Source: Anolis carolinensis (taxonomy: Eukaryota). From it: a stretch of DNA of 64,000 bases. Shown one piece after another: positions 49,966 through 62,693 of this stretch (position 1 is its first letter; each line of letters begins with the position of its first letter). The stretch lies in the NCBI RefSeq assembly GCF_035594765.1, contig NC_085841.1:264274525-264338524 (forward strand), given 5' to 3'. The notes under the pieces were generated by a model, which was not told where the DNA came from, did not search any database, and was given only the letters and a program-made list of their open reading frames with translations. A program made the position numbers and the translations under genes.

Positions 49966-51514
49966 CAAACTGACTCTAGTTTTAGTAACATGAGCTATTG
50001 GTTGTAGGTGGCCAGTCTTGAGTGGTCAATACTATTCTCCTCCACTCTTCCCTTACCTTTAGGAACATACATTTTCTCTGAACAGGTATTTTATTTGTAT
50101 TTGCCTTTCATCAAAACTTCTAGGAGCAGCAAGAAAAATGGATCCCAGATTACAGGTTTAAATGGTCTGCATGAGAGATTCTGGGATTTGTTGTCACAAA
50201 AGGTTGTTTTTTTTTCAAGATTTGCAATGTACATAAACATGCATGCACATGTGCATGCACACATACAGCATTTAAAAAGTAAATAGCAAGAGGACAGCAC
50301 CAGCAAAGTGGCTAATTGATACATTAATAGGAAATTCCTTTCTTCCTCAGGTACACAATGACTTTCAAATGAACCAGTTGTAAATTCACCCCCTTCAGCC
50401 AATAAGGGCCTGGTTGCCTTTGAACTTCCAGCACAAGGATATTGTACAAGGAGGAGCTGTCTACCTCCTTGTGTAATTCCCCCCTCCACCCATACATTTA
50501 TAGGCATAGTGAAGGATTATGCCAGCAATAGTAATCAAAATAAGATTGTGGTCATAGGGAACTTTACTCCCCACCCCCACAAGTGATTGTTCTCAAATGC
50601 TGGTCTTTTATAAGTTGTGTCTATTCATTAAAATATTTATAGCCTGCCTTCCCACCTCAGTAGGAATGACAAGGTGACTGAAAACAAATGTTTACAAATA
50701 GTTCAATCTTAAAAGAGTAAAATGCACTGCAAGAGCAGTAGACCCAAAATTTCAAGCAAGAAAGCAAGGCAATTAGAAGTCATCACATACTGACCAGGGC
50801 AGGCAGAATAAATGCTTGAAGGTCAGACCCAGAAGGTTCTCTGAAGAATCCCCATTCCCTCACCTCAGATAATGGGGGGGGGGGTACACAAATGGGTTTC
50901 TTTTGGGCTGAGCAGGCAGAAATATGTGGCTCCAACCAATGTGAAGGGTTTAAATGATGATTAACCAGCACTTGAAGTCATCTTAGAAACAGTCCAGGTG
51001 CTAGTAAAGCTGATATGATCCATTAAAACAGCTTCAGTCCAAAAATTTAACAGCAGTGTTTTGTAATGGCCATGGCTAACTCTATGATTAAGTAGGAGAA
51101 AACAATCACTTTAGGCAATTTGGAAGGTGGGCAGTTACAGCTAACCTCCAACCAGGTATCTTTAGTCCCCTACTCCTCTCTATTAAAAGACATAACTGTT
51201 TGCCACATGGCATGTCCTTTGCTATCAAGTCCCTTTATCTGTGTTGATATAAAATTTGACTATCAGTGTAGTTTTGCTCCAATGAAGGAGAGAGCAAGCC
51301 ACCACCTCCTCCTCTGTTTTAAGCAGCAAAATATGCTGGTCCAGAATACCAAAGTTTCCAAAGGCTTTCAAAGAAAATCAAGAATCTGGAACAATTACAA
51401 GTTGAAGTTTCATTCAGTTTATTTTTATTGGCTTTACAGAAAAATGGATGGAAAAGAACCCAAGGACATTGCCCAAGCCTTTGCCAGATGTCATCAAAAA
51501 ACTGGAAAAGATTG

Positions 51515-52192
51515 GGATGGGGAAAGGAAGATCGCAAAATGAGCAAGACTGGGGTACAAAAGGGGGGCTGGAAAGGTGAAAGAACTGGAGTGAGAAGGGG
51601 GCAAGTGGAGAAATTGGAAAGACTGAGGTGGGAAAGGGGGCTGGGCAAGTGGGAAAGGCTGGGGTGAGAAAGAGGGGCTGGGAAAGAGGGGTGGGACAAG
51701 GGGCAACACTGAAATGAGAAAAAAAGAGGCTGGAACCTGGAAAAGGCAGGGATGGGAGAGGAGCTGGGGATAGTAAAGAAGGGGGAAACTAGAAAAAGGA
51801 AAGACTAGGGGGAAAGGGGTCTAGAAGAGTGCAGGGAAACCAAGGTGGGAAGGGAGGGAAGGACTGGGGAGAGGAAGGCGCACACCCTCCCCTCCCCTCT
51901 CAGCACAGCAACCCAGCTGGGTGACTCTGCTGAGAGAGGAGGATAGAAAGGCATGCATGGAGCGAGGGAGGAGGAGAGAAAGGTCCATGGGGGGTGAGGG
52001 AGAAACAGAGAAAGGCGTGAGCAGGCTGAAGAAGCAGAGCAAGGAAAGCTGGGTCACTATGCAGAGAGGTGAGGGTCCTGGTGGGAAGGCCCCACACCTT
52101 CCCACCAGGACCCTCACCTGAGTATAAGCCAAGAGGGGCTTTTTCACCTTTAAAAGGGGCTGAAAAACTCGGCTTATGCTCGAGTATATACG
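51515..52192. mobile_element. Mariner-type non-autonomous element (one TIR visible) with a purine-rich low-complexity interior
   Basis: Terminus ctcggcttatgctcgagtatatacgg|ta and subterminal gagtataagcc. Confidence 0.55.
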
Positions 52193-53964
52193 GTATTTGC
52201 TAGCGTAGAGAACAAGAATGAGCAGTTGCCAATTTTTGTCCCTTCATGCAACCCCTAGTGTGCCACACTGTTACACCAAAGGCCTCAAACTCCATAAAAA
52301 TAAAATATATTTTCCAGATTTTCTTTTATTCTCTCAAAAATACTGTTTCTTACCTTCGCATATCTCAAAAACCAAGTACAAATTAGCCAAAATGGAAAAA
52401 GGAAGTAGCAATGTGGCTTTTGGTTTTAATTTTAGGTGTTGGGTTAGGGTTAGGGATTTTGAAGTTATATTGGTCAATTAGAAGGGACAACAGCTAAAAG
52501 CCTATGGTGGGATTGGGCCAACTATCACCATATTTTACTTATTTTTTTTTTAGGGACCTGAGGCTTTAGGGGCCCCCAAGGCCACACATGACCTATTACC
52601 AGCACTTTGTCCATCGAATAGGTTCACCTTCAGTGTCAGCTAAAAAACTTGAAGCCTTGGGCAAGTTATTCTGCAAAAGGACATCAGTGTGGGAAAAGGG
52701 AGCTCCTTCTGCATCTCCCCTCATACCTTTCTTTCTTATTTCATCCTGAGTCACACTCCATTACGATTCTAATGTTTCTATCAATAAATGATGGATTTGC
52801 CAGCAGTGGCTTAAGTTTAAAATTACTTGCGAAAGTTTAATGAAGCCAGCAAATCAGGAATTATATTTCAAAGAAATTGCCTGTGACAGTTAAAAACTAC
52901 AGGGCCAAAGTAATTTCAAGGGTGGCACTTTCTTAATCTTCCCTTCTCTTGCAGTCCATTCTGAATTGGTTAAAACCAGAGGTGGCTCTGCGGGCATTGC
53001 TCTTAACCTTTGTAAAGAATTCTGAAATCACTTCTTGCTGCAGGGATTCTCGTGTGTTCTGGATTTACTCTCAGTGTGACAAGAAAGGTAATTCTTTCCC
53101 TTGAGGAAAAAAAGATTCAAGCTTCCATGTGGTATCTGAGAAGGATTTCATCCTGCCATGTAATAGATTTCCAGTTTGTGCACAATGTGGACCAAGTGGA
53201 CAGAGAAGTGGGTGCCCAGCTGGCTGCTTGCTTGGTGTGAGCTAGCTAAGAGAAGTGTCATTGTGTCAGGTCTTTTATTCCCCCAGGCATCTGCAGAGGA
53301 GATGTGTTCTCCTTTTATCCTGCAAATCAAGCACTTTTGCTACCATCAAAGCATGACAGCCTTCATTGTTATGTGCCTCTCATTCTGGATGAGACCAATG
53401 TTAAGATGTGTTGGATATTCTATTTGTTATTTTCTTTTCCAAAGATATTACCACAATAAGGATTTTGGAATTTGTTCAAAATATCAAGCATGATGCCATA
53501 CTTTGATATTACTGTTCTTATACTATGATAAGATGTATCTATTATCATAAGATGACTGAACCGTTCTTATATGAGGCATGTGAGAGCATTGAAAGATTTG
53601 CCATACCCTTTCAGAAATCCATCAGGGTCTTTGTTTTATTTTGCTTGAATTGGCCCGTTTCTTCTCAAATGACCTCTCCAAGGTCGTCCAAAACTGTAGC
53701 ATGAGCAAATAATCCAGGAATGCTTTGTTTAGTTAATGGATAGATGTGTGTAGGGCCTGACTGTGTTTTGAGAATACCAAATGGATCTCTAGTTGTGAAA
53801 GTTTGATGGGACCTGATGACTCATTTCCCTTAACTCTGAATGCCCTTCAGTTTCCATCTGTAAGGTGCAGCTGCTTCAGAGAAAACATACAGGGTCAGCC
53901 CACTGTTGTTCTGAAGCAGATCAGAGTAGACTGAAGCACTATGGACTAATTTATTTAAACCCAT

Positions 53965-54075
53965 GTAAGGATGGATGGATGGCAGCCTTGAAGTGACTGA
54001 CTTGACCTTGAAGGAGCTGGGGGTGGTGACAGCTGACAGGGAGCTCTGGTGTGGGCTGGTCCATGAGGTCACAAA
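53965..54075 (+). mobile_element. RTE-BovB 3' fragment
   Basis: atggatggatgg...gaaggagctggggg...gacagggagctctggtgtgggctggtccatgaggtcac. Confidence 0.7.
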
Positions 54076-54244
54076 CCTGGCAGCAGTAGATCTTTGACCA
54101 GTGCCCACCACACAGCTTTTCAGGGCAGTGCTTTATTTTTCACCATTGCATCTGGTTCTTAGCTGTGATCTTCATTGACACTGCATTTGAACCCCAAAGC
54201 CTGGAATGCATTTAAGGGCTCATGCATGATGCCTCTACTTTAAT

Positions 54245-55050
54245 CACCAAAGAGGAATTGAAACAAATAAACAACGCATGTAGGGAAAATGTCCAAAAGG
54301 CTAAAGCGCAAAATGAGCTCAAGCTTGCCAGAGAGATTCGAAACAATAAAAAGGAGTTATTTGGTTTTGTCAGTAGAAAAAAGGAAGAAAAAGGAGACAG
54401 TGGGGCCTCTTTGTGAAGAAGGTGATGAAATGCTAACAAAGTATAGGGAAAAGATGGAGCTGTTTAACACCTTTTTTGTCTCAGTCTTCTCCCAAAAGTG
54501 TTCAACCTGATGAATATGGAGTGGACAAGGTAATATAGGATATGCAACTTAAAATAGGTAAAGAAGTAATGCAGAAATACCTGACTATTCTAGATGAATT
54601 TGAGTCACGAGGGTCAGATGAACTACATCCAGAGTATTGAAGGAATTAGCAGAAGTCATTTTAGAACCACTGGCAATAATCTTTGAGAATTCTTGGAGAA
54701 CAGGGGAAGTCCCAGCAGACTGGAGGAGGGAAAATTTTGTTTCTATCTTCAATAAAAAAAATAAGAGAGGACCCAAACAATTACCATCCAGTCATCTTGA
54801 CATCAATACTAGGAAATATTCTGGAGCAGATCATTAAGGAGGAACATTTGGAAGAACATCCTGACCGTTAGAGCTGTTCAGCAGTGGAACTCTCTGCCTC
54901 ATAGTGTGGTGGAAGCTCCTTCCTTGGAGACTTTTAAACAGAGGCTAAATGGCCATCTGTCAGGAGTGCTTTGATTGTGCTTTTCTTGCATGAAAAGGGG
55001 TTGGACTAGATGGCCCATGCAGTCTCTTCCAACTGTTATTCTATGATTCT
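54245..55050 (+). mobile_element. CR1 fragment with a large internal deletion of RT
   Basis: KAKAQNELKLAR..., ELAEVILEPLAIIFENSWRTGEVPADWRR and EDPNNYHPVILTS..KILEQIIKE, then an abrupt jump at ~54842 to the 3' end with an (attctatg) tail. Confidence 0.88.
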
Positions 55051-55179
55051 CACCCCCCCCCCTTGTTTTGTCTGGTTTCTATGTTTTCGAGCTACACATA
55101 TATATATAATCTCTTATTGCACACGAAGAAGATATTAGAGGGCAGAAAGCAGCTAGCAGAAATGGGCACTGGCTGTTAC

Positions 55180-55405
55180 TGTTATTATTGCTGTGTGCTT
55201 ATTTCCAACTTAGGGTGACCCTAACGTGACTCTATCATGGGGTTTTCTTGGCAAGATTTATTCAGAAGAGTCTTACCGTTTGCCTTACTCTAAAGCTGAG
55301 AAAGAGCGACTTACCCAAGGCCACCCAGTGGATTTCTGTAGGTGAGAAGAATTGAACTGTGTTCACCAAGAGTAAATTGTCCAGCTCTCAAATTATTAAT
55401 CCATG
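55180..55405 (-). mobile_element. Old tRNA-derived squamate SINE
   Basis: ccaacttagggtgaccct...ggggttttcttggcaag...gacttacccaaggccacccagtgg. Confidence 0.6.
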
Positions 55406-56292
55406 CTAATGTAATGGCTTTTAAATACATCTTTCATTTTTAGGCAAAATCAAAGATGGCTAGGAAATAAATAAGTGAAAGCAGGAGCTACCTATCTTCA
55501 GTTCGATATTACATATACTATACTTGCCTTTTAAAAAGCACTGAAAAATATAACTGTTTTAGTTTATTATTGCAAGTCACAGAACTACCAAAGATTTGGA
55601 TTTTGGAATCTTTATTTAATTTTAGGATCTGTAATGGGACCAAACTGAAATTCCCAAATTGGGCTCAAAACCAAACTGGGAAATGCTTATATAGCCCTCA
55701 TTTTTATACTATTCCCCCCTTATTACCTTGTTTGGCATATGCTTGATTAATAGACAGGAGGACTTTGTAGATGCTTTCAGTCTACAGCAAATTGCACAGT
55801 TTTGAATTGTGCATATATTTTATTTTGACTCACTTCTGTGATGCTTTTGTTCCTAGATGTGTAATTCTGTGGAGAGTTCAACAAAGGCACAAACCTGCTC
55901 TTTCTTTGTGAGGCAGCCTCCAGACACAGATCTGAATTCACCCCAAACTAGTGGAAGTGGGGAGGTTTCAAAATGAGAATCCACAGAAAAGCATCAGGGG
56001 ATTTCTTTGTTGATGTGATCTATTAGAAAATGATTCTGTAGGGAAAGCATATTTAGTTTCTAAATCCAATTAAGCTTTACTGAGTATTGAGAGCAGAAGG
56101 CAGCTGAAGTCAATGCTATATCCCAATAGGTAATCTTCTTTGAATTAGTGCCCAATAATGCCATATCTCCAGATTACCTTCTTCATATGCTATCAATAGG
56201 AGGAATACTAGGGCTAGGATTTTGACAGTGTCTTAGACATGCACAGATTTCCTTTCAAAAGCAACTGAACACTTTGATTCAGAACATCCGCA

Positions 56293-56624
56293 AACCTCAG
56301 CAAACAGGGCTAGATTTGGCAGCAAATGCCATTCTAGCCCTGGTCACCCATGGAGCCAGCTGGCTCCCATCAAAGGATGTCATGCCGGCTTTGTAGACGC
56401 AGAGGGCTGGAACCAGCGTGCTGCCACCGTCCTGCTACACGGGAGGCTTCCTGTGTTGTCCAATCTGTGGCGGAAATTGTGTGATCCACACGTGCTCCAT
56501 GCTTCCCCCCATGTTATCGCCCTCCCAGCAAGGCAGGCAATGTGAGACATGAGGTGCCGGATTCCCCACGCCTTGCGGTGAAGCGGACCACGGCCTCCTT
56601 CTGCCGCCGGCAGTTTGATGAGGT
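56293..56624. mobile_element. GC-rich MITE, inverted relative of 6933-7282
   Basis: Shared gggctagatttgg and gagccagctggctc motifs, with terminal acctca.../...tgatgaggt. Confidence 0.55.
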
Positions 56625-56875
56625 GATTAGTTCACAGTTGCAGGAGAGGTGTAAATATGATACCATTGTGGATGTGCATGTGCATATGCATGCACATTTG
56701 GTTGCACATTTGATTGTATATGGAGGGTTACAAATGTTGCCATTTAATAAAAGGATTTATTGCACAATCTCTCTCCCTCTATAAGTCAACATTTGTTTGT
56801 TTGTACCACTGTTGCTGTTGTTAGGTGAAGTGGCCTTCTATGATGTCACTGGATTGACCTACTAAGAAAATGATT

Positions 56876-57189
56876 AGTGGTTGCTAGGTGAAGTGGCCCC
56901 CTTCACAGGGGGGGGCATATGTATGAAGGGGAGGGAGGGAGGGCGGAAGGGAGGGAGGAAGGGAGGGAGGAAAGAGTCACAAAAACAGCCTACTTCACCA
57001 TGAAGGTATTCCTTCCTTCCCTTTCTCCCTTCTCCAGCTTTGAGAGGGCTTACCTTACAATGTCTCAGTGGCAACATGGCTACCTTTATGGTTCTTGCCT
57101 TCCTTCCTCCTTTCCCCTTATACACATGTCACATTTCTTTCCCAGTGTGTGACACTACAAAGGGCCATTTCACCTAACAATAGCCATTG
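56876..57189. mobile_element. Inverted-repeat-bounded element (MITE-like)
   Basis: tggttgctaggtgaagtggcc / ggccatttcacctaacaatagcca, with an extra direct copy of the motif at ~56812-56834. Confidence 0.5.
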
Positions 57190-57225
57190 TGGTGCAAACA
57201 GACAGACAGATAAATATACACACAT

Positions 57226-57226
<1 letters not shown>

Positions 57227-57263
<37 letters not shown>
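57227..57263. repeat. (GT)n microsatellite
   Basis: Direct inspection. Confidence 0.95.
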
Positions 57264-57265
<2 letters not shown>

Positions 57266-58338
57266 TGAGCACAAAACAAAATGTGTAAACAATGAACCAT
57301 CAGAAATCAAAGGTGTCACTTGCTCAGACAGCCATTTAGACAATTTTGGATTTTGCAGTGTTAGGATTTTGGATTTCTGGATAAGAAATGCTCAACCTGA
57401 ATTATTCCAAATTTGCAGTCCACGTTACTATTGAGAGAAACAAAGTGGTCCTCTTCTTCTAGTAAAGAGTTCTGGAAATGCACAAAGAATAAGATGGCAA
57501 ATATTTTAGTCTCTCCATATTTCTTTGATGTTTCAGGGGCAATCAGTTGTTCTCCAAACCAAGAATTCTTATTGAACTTGTGGATTTCCTAAAGCACAAG
57601 AACATGATTAGAAACTTGGAGAGCCTCTTCTATAAAGACCTGCAGAATGCTCAAAGCTTTTAAAAGTGCAGGGAAGTATTTTAAACTGCATCATTTACAA
57701 TATGCAGGGGGAAGCTGTGCATCATGTGTGTTTTTTTCCTGACCTCTAATATTTGAAAAGAATTGCTTCAGTCAGCAGAGATACCTGTGAAGCTACTATC
57801 TTTAAAGGAAAGACATGAATTGTCCTTTTGAAGAGAGGACAAAAACAAATAAAAACAGAGTCAGTCAGGGATTGCCCTGTTCAGTACAGGCTGTGGAAGT
57901 GTCCCTAACTCTTTTATCATTCACGCTAGATCTCCCTTTTGTAGGAGTCTCTGCTCATTGTAGTGATGAATGATGAAATAACTCACTGTTTGTGACAGAG
58001 GTCATTTCTGGATAGCTGTGATCATAATCAGCAGTGGCTTGGTCTGCCTGAAATGCCATCAAGATCCATTAAATGCAGTTTCTCTAGTTTGGAACCTTAA
58101 GTTGGACGAATAAGTGGACATTCTGGACAAAACAACTGACATTAGGTGAATTAAAATGACCCAGGGGCACATTTTTCCAAGTAGTATATATTTCATCATA
58201 AAAAAACTGACAGGCCATGCTATAATAATTTATTATAACTTAGGTTGCCTATGGCTCTGATGCAAAATACATTTTATCCTTGTATGTCTCAATAAAGTCT
58301 ACTTTCCTACAAATGTCATATTTGGGCAGGTAGTTGGT

Positions 58339-58720
58339 TCATAGAATCATAGTTGGAAAAGACCTCATGGGCCATCCAGTCCAACCCCCTGCTGAGAAGC
58401 AGGAAAATCACATTCAAAGCACCCTTGACAGATGGCCATCCAGCCTCTGCTTAAAAGCCCCCAAAGAAGGAGCCTCCACCACACTCTGGCAGAGAGTTCC
58501 ACTGCTGAACAGCTCTCACAGTGAGGAAGTTCTTCCTAATGTTCAGGTGGAATCTCCTTTCCTGTAGTTTGGAGCCATTGTTCCACGTCCTAGTCTGCAG
58601 GGCAGCAGAAAACAAGCTTGCTCCCTTCTCCCTATGACTTCCCTTCACGTATTTGTACATGGCCATCATGTCTCCTCTCAGCCTTCTCTTCTGCAGGCTA
58701 AACATGCCCAACTCTTTAAG
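58339..58720 (-). mobile_element. CR1 3' fragment (young)
   Basis: ORF 58451-58711: GMFSLQKRRLRGDM...RFHLNIRKNFLTVRAVQQWNSLP, with a catagaatcatag tail. Confidence 0.92.
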
Positions 58721-59014
58721 GTTCTGCTCTGCCTTGTAAAAAAAAAAAGTCTGAAGGAGAGGTTAAAACAGATCATACGAGTAAGAGAGGAACAGTTTTT
58801 GCAAATGTTTGTGCAATGTTTCAGCAGAAATCAATTATTTCTAATAAAAACTATTCCTGTAATTAGATGGTACCACAAAACCATTTTTCCTAAGTCTAGA
58901 GTACATGTACTGTGTCCATAAATGCAGAAGGCTAAAACTTTTTCCTAATTTTCCTGAATTTTCTAATGTGCATATGTCATTATTACTCAATTACAATGAC
59001 ACATCGAATCACAT

Positions 59015-59016
59015 AT

Positions 59017-59063
<47 letters not shown>

Positions 59064-59066
59064 TTT
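59015..59066. repeat. (ATTT)n microsatellite, tail of an inverted L2-type fragment (~59066-59370)
   Basis: Direct inspection. Adjacent ggggactcaaggcagct matches the L2 3' end at 45220-45240 in reverse. Confidence 0.8.
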
Positions 59067-61254
59067 TGACTTTCACCCAGTGTGGGGACTCAAGGCAGCT
59101 AACAATCAATAGGAGACCATGCAAATCCATGTAAATGCATTAAAATATATACAAAATAAAAACAGTTAAACCATGTGTGTCATTAAAACCATTAAGCATT
59201 AATGTTTTAAAATGCATAAAAACTCCATACCTACCATGAAAATCCAATCACAGCATCCCCAAAAAGCATGCCTCTCATCTGTCCATCAATACCTGATGGC
59301 AGAGTGATGTTTTTGCTTGCCTACAGAAGGCAAGCAGGGACAGTTACATTTTGATCCTCTCTCGGATGGGAGTTATAGAATCTGTGGATATGTCTATATT
59401 ATAGAATTAATCCATATTGACATCACTTTACCTGCCATGGCTCAGTACTAAGGAATCATGGATGTTGTCGTTTTACAAATTCTTTAGCCTTCTCTGCTGC
59501 AGGATTCCAAAGCATTGAACCATGGTAGTTAAAGTGATTTTAAACTGCATTAATTCTGCAGTGTATATGCACCCTGGAGAGGTCACCATAAGATGACCGT
59601 TCCCAAAGATGAGAGGCTGGAGACTGGCCTGTAATTATCAAGTGCAGTAGGATCCAGGCAAGCCCGTAGCCGGGGGGGGGGGGGGGGGGGGAGTCTGAGT
59701 GAGAGAGGATCTACCCTAGCAAACCTTTTGTATTGTTATCCCAATACCCCCATGCATACGGGATATATTGAGCATGGTGATCAGATCATGATATGAATAA
59801 ACATAACAGTTTAAATAATAAATGTAAGGCCTTCTCACAGACCACCCCACCCCCCGCCCCCCAGCTACATGCTACATGCCTGGATCATCCAGGGAAGGGT
59901 TTTTGTTTTGTTTTGTTTTTTTAGAAAAGTCTTACTACTTCCTCTTTCAGGAATGCTGGGACCCTGCCTTGATATAAAGAGTATTAATCACTTCCCTTAC
60001 CCATTCTGCTGGTCTGTTTAAAGAAGCCAGGAAAGAAAGGATCAAGAACACATTTGGTGTCTCTCATTTCTCCAAGAATCCTGTTCACATCCTCAGACTA
60101 CACAACTTGAACAGTATCCATCAACATTGGGTTTTTCTTTCAGGCTTCCATAAGCCCAGTATATAGATATCAAGGTTTCTCTGTTTAAAATCTATTTATA
60201 TATTTTTCCCCTTTTAGTAAATTTTGCCCTCTTGTTGCCTGGTCACACTCTGATGTTGCTGGGCCATACATATCCCACTTTCCATCTGAAAGGTTGGAAG
60301 GTCTTGGGATGCGCAAAGTCCACCCTATGGGCAGCTTCAAACTGCCATGCTAAAAAATATTTGGCAAAAAATGTTTTCTTTTGCACCTAGAGGCCTTGAT
60401 GAATAGCATGCCTCATGGTGCAGGGCCCTCCCCAATTAGGGTTGCAATAACCAATCATGTGGGACATAAGGCAGGGCTACATAAAGCCCAGCTTAAGTGT
60501 CTCGAGACAAAGCCCTGGGTAGGCAAGTCACACACAGCCTTAGAAAAGCCTGTGACAGGTTCACTGTATGGTTGCCATAAGTCAGAAGCACTTGAAGACA
60601 CGCAACAATAAATTTCTCAGCAATGGTACTGTTACCATTAGGAACCTGGAGAGACTCCTATTTTTAGTATTGTTTGGCATTGTGATGTTTTTGTTGCACT
60701 ATTGCTGTGGCTATCAGGATCTCATTACATGGAGGCCAAGAAGCCAGGGGACAGCAGGGAAAACCATTGGGCAATGTACCACTTCATCTCCTTACCATGG
60801 TTGGTTATTGGATCCCTCCCCACAACGTTTTCCCGCTGTCCCCACCTTCCTCCTTCATCCTCCCTGGCTTCTTCTATGAGTAGTCGGGTATAATTCAAGG
60901 CTCCATGTCTCTGTGCTGCTGGCACGCTGCTGGTACAATGCCCAATGGAGTCCTGCTGGAAGTAGCCCTGCATCATCTTATGGGCTCTGACAGACTCCAT
61001 ACCAGCAGCATGCTGGCAGCACCAAGAAGCAAGAATTGGTCATTAGTCTTTCTCATACATGAGATCACTTTTTCCCAAGAGTATTTTGGCTTGCTTATTT
61101 GTATTGTTACAATTCTAGAACTGAAATATATTTTTGATATAATTTAATGTTGCTAATGTGTACATTCAAGTTGTTTTCAACTTAGGCTACCTAAAATTAA
61201 CCTATCATTGGATTTTCTGGGGATGAGATTGTGTGATTCCGCAAGATGGGTTTT

Positions 61255-61450
61255 ATGTGTTGTTGAAGGCTTTCATGGCCGGGATCACAGGGTTGTTGTA
61301 TGTCTTTCGGGCTGTGTGGCCATGTTCCAGAAGTATTCTCTCCTGACGTTTCGCCCACATCTATGGCAGGCATCCTTAGAGGTTGTGAGGTATGGCTAAA
61401 CTAAGTAAGGAAAGGAAAGAATATATATCTGTGTAGAGTCCAGGGTGTGG
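61255..61450 (-). mobile_element. Penelope pLTR fragment inserted in an old SINE
   Basis: tgtgttgttgaaggctttcatggccgggatcacagggttgttg..., flanked by caagatgggtttt (61242-61254, 61462-61474). Confidence 0.85.
61342..61382 (-). ncRNA. Minimal hammerhead ribozyme of Penelope (core-mutated)
   Basis: Minus strand CCU-CUAAGGA-UGCCUGC-CAUAGAU-GUGGGC-GAAAC-GUC-AGG. Canonical core is CUGANGA...GAAA...GUC; here G5 is replaced by A. Confidence 0.7.
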
Positions 61451-62608
61451 GTTTTCATCGCCAAGATGGGTTTTCATCGCCAAGTGGGCATTCAGATCCT
61501 GATCTCCAGAGCTGTAGTTTAAGACACTACACCATGCTGGCTCTCCAGATATGACTTGTAGGAATGAAGATATTGCTAGCCTGCAACATCTGTCAGCCTT
61601 TGTGAGCATAACCAATAGTGGTGGATGGGGAGAGCTGGATGTCATCTGGAAATCTTCAGGCTTCTCACTTGTGTTCTACCATAACAGTCATAAAATATGT
61701 TTTGATAATCTTTTCTAGATTATATTATTTTATAATTGGTCTTGTAGGTATTTTGGACTTCAGCTCTCAGAACTCACAGCTATCTTTACTAATGGTCGCA
61801 GACTGTAAATGACAAAGTTCAAAGCATCTGGAGGACCAGATCTGTGAGAACCATAATATTAGAGGATACTAGTGGTTCAATAGTCATATAACAGAATGAA
61901 TAAATAAGGCTGCTGAGGAGAAATAAGAGTTAGTCTGTCTTGCAAGACCTTAAATGAGCAACCAGACTCATGAGATCTGTAGAGATTGGTGCTCATTTTA
62001 AAAGATTCCTCTGTATATTTTGGCACAGAAAGAGGAGAAATGCAAAAAGTGACATAAGCTGCAGTCCTCTTGTTGGAACCTTGTTTGGCATTATGCTGTG
62101 ATAGATGCTGTGCCTCTCTAGCTGATGCCCGGAAATCTAGAAGTTGTTCGATTTTCTGGGTGACAGCAGCTACACCTCATGCTTTTTCTTCCTAGCCAGT
62201 TTCCTTGGCTTTCCCAGATGGTACTCATGATTTCCAATCTGCTAGAGCTGGAGCTGATCGCACACACAAATATGTTTGCCAGCTGGCCCTATACATGGCT
62301 TGGTATTTCTGATGGACCTTGGCATCCGCACACAAAGAGTAGAAGAGCTTTTCAAAATGACCTAGAAACAGTTTGGATGTTGATTTATGCTCTTCTCAAT
62401 TGAAGTCAGTGTGTCCTGATCTAAAGAGGAGCAGATCTTGCATTTGCTGTGACCCAATAAATTGAAATAGGAAAACTTTCAGAATTATGAGTATGGCCTC
62501 TACTATTGAATAACTAGGGGTCATGAATACAAGCCAATCCCAAATGTATAATTCTATGTTATCATACCTATGACTCTGAATTCCAGAAGGCACAAAGCAC
62601 ATTCCATT

Positions 62609-62693
62609 ATCCAGCTGTAAGATGGGCTCATGGCCGCTATGGCGGCCTTCTAGTGTTTACCATAGTGGCCATGAGTCCAGCTTTACAGAGGAT
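62609..62693 (+). ncRNA. Candidate pre-miRNA-like hairpin (intronic, sense to the tetraspanin gene)
   Basis: 20 contiguous bp (2 G-U), extending to ~31 bp, with a 17-nt loop. Confidence 0.35.

Noticed and set aside
51319-52147. Pro/Ser/Leu-rich and Gly/Glu-rich ORFs
   Set aside because: Purine-rich low-complexity interior of a mariner-type element.
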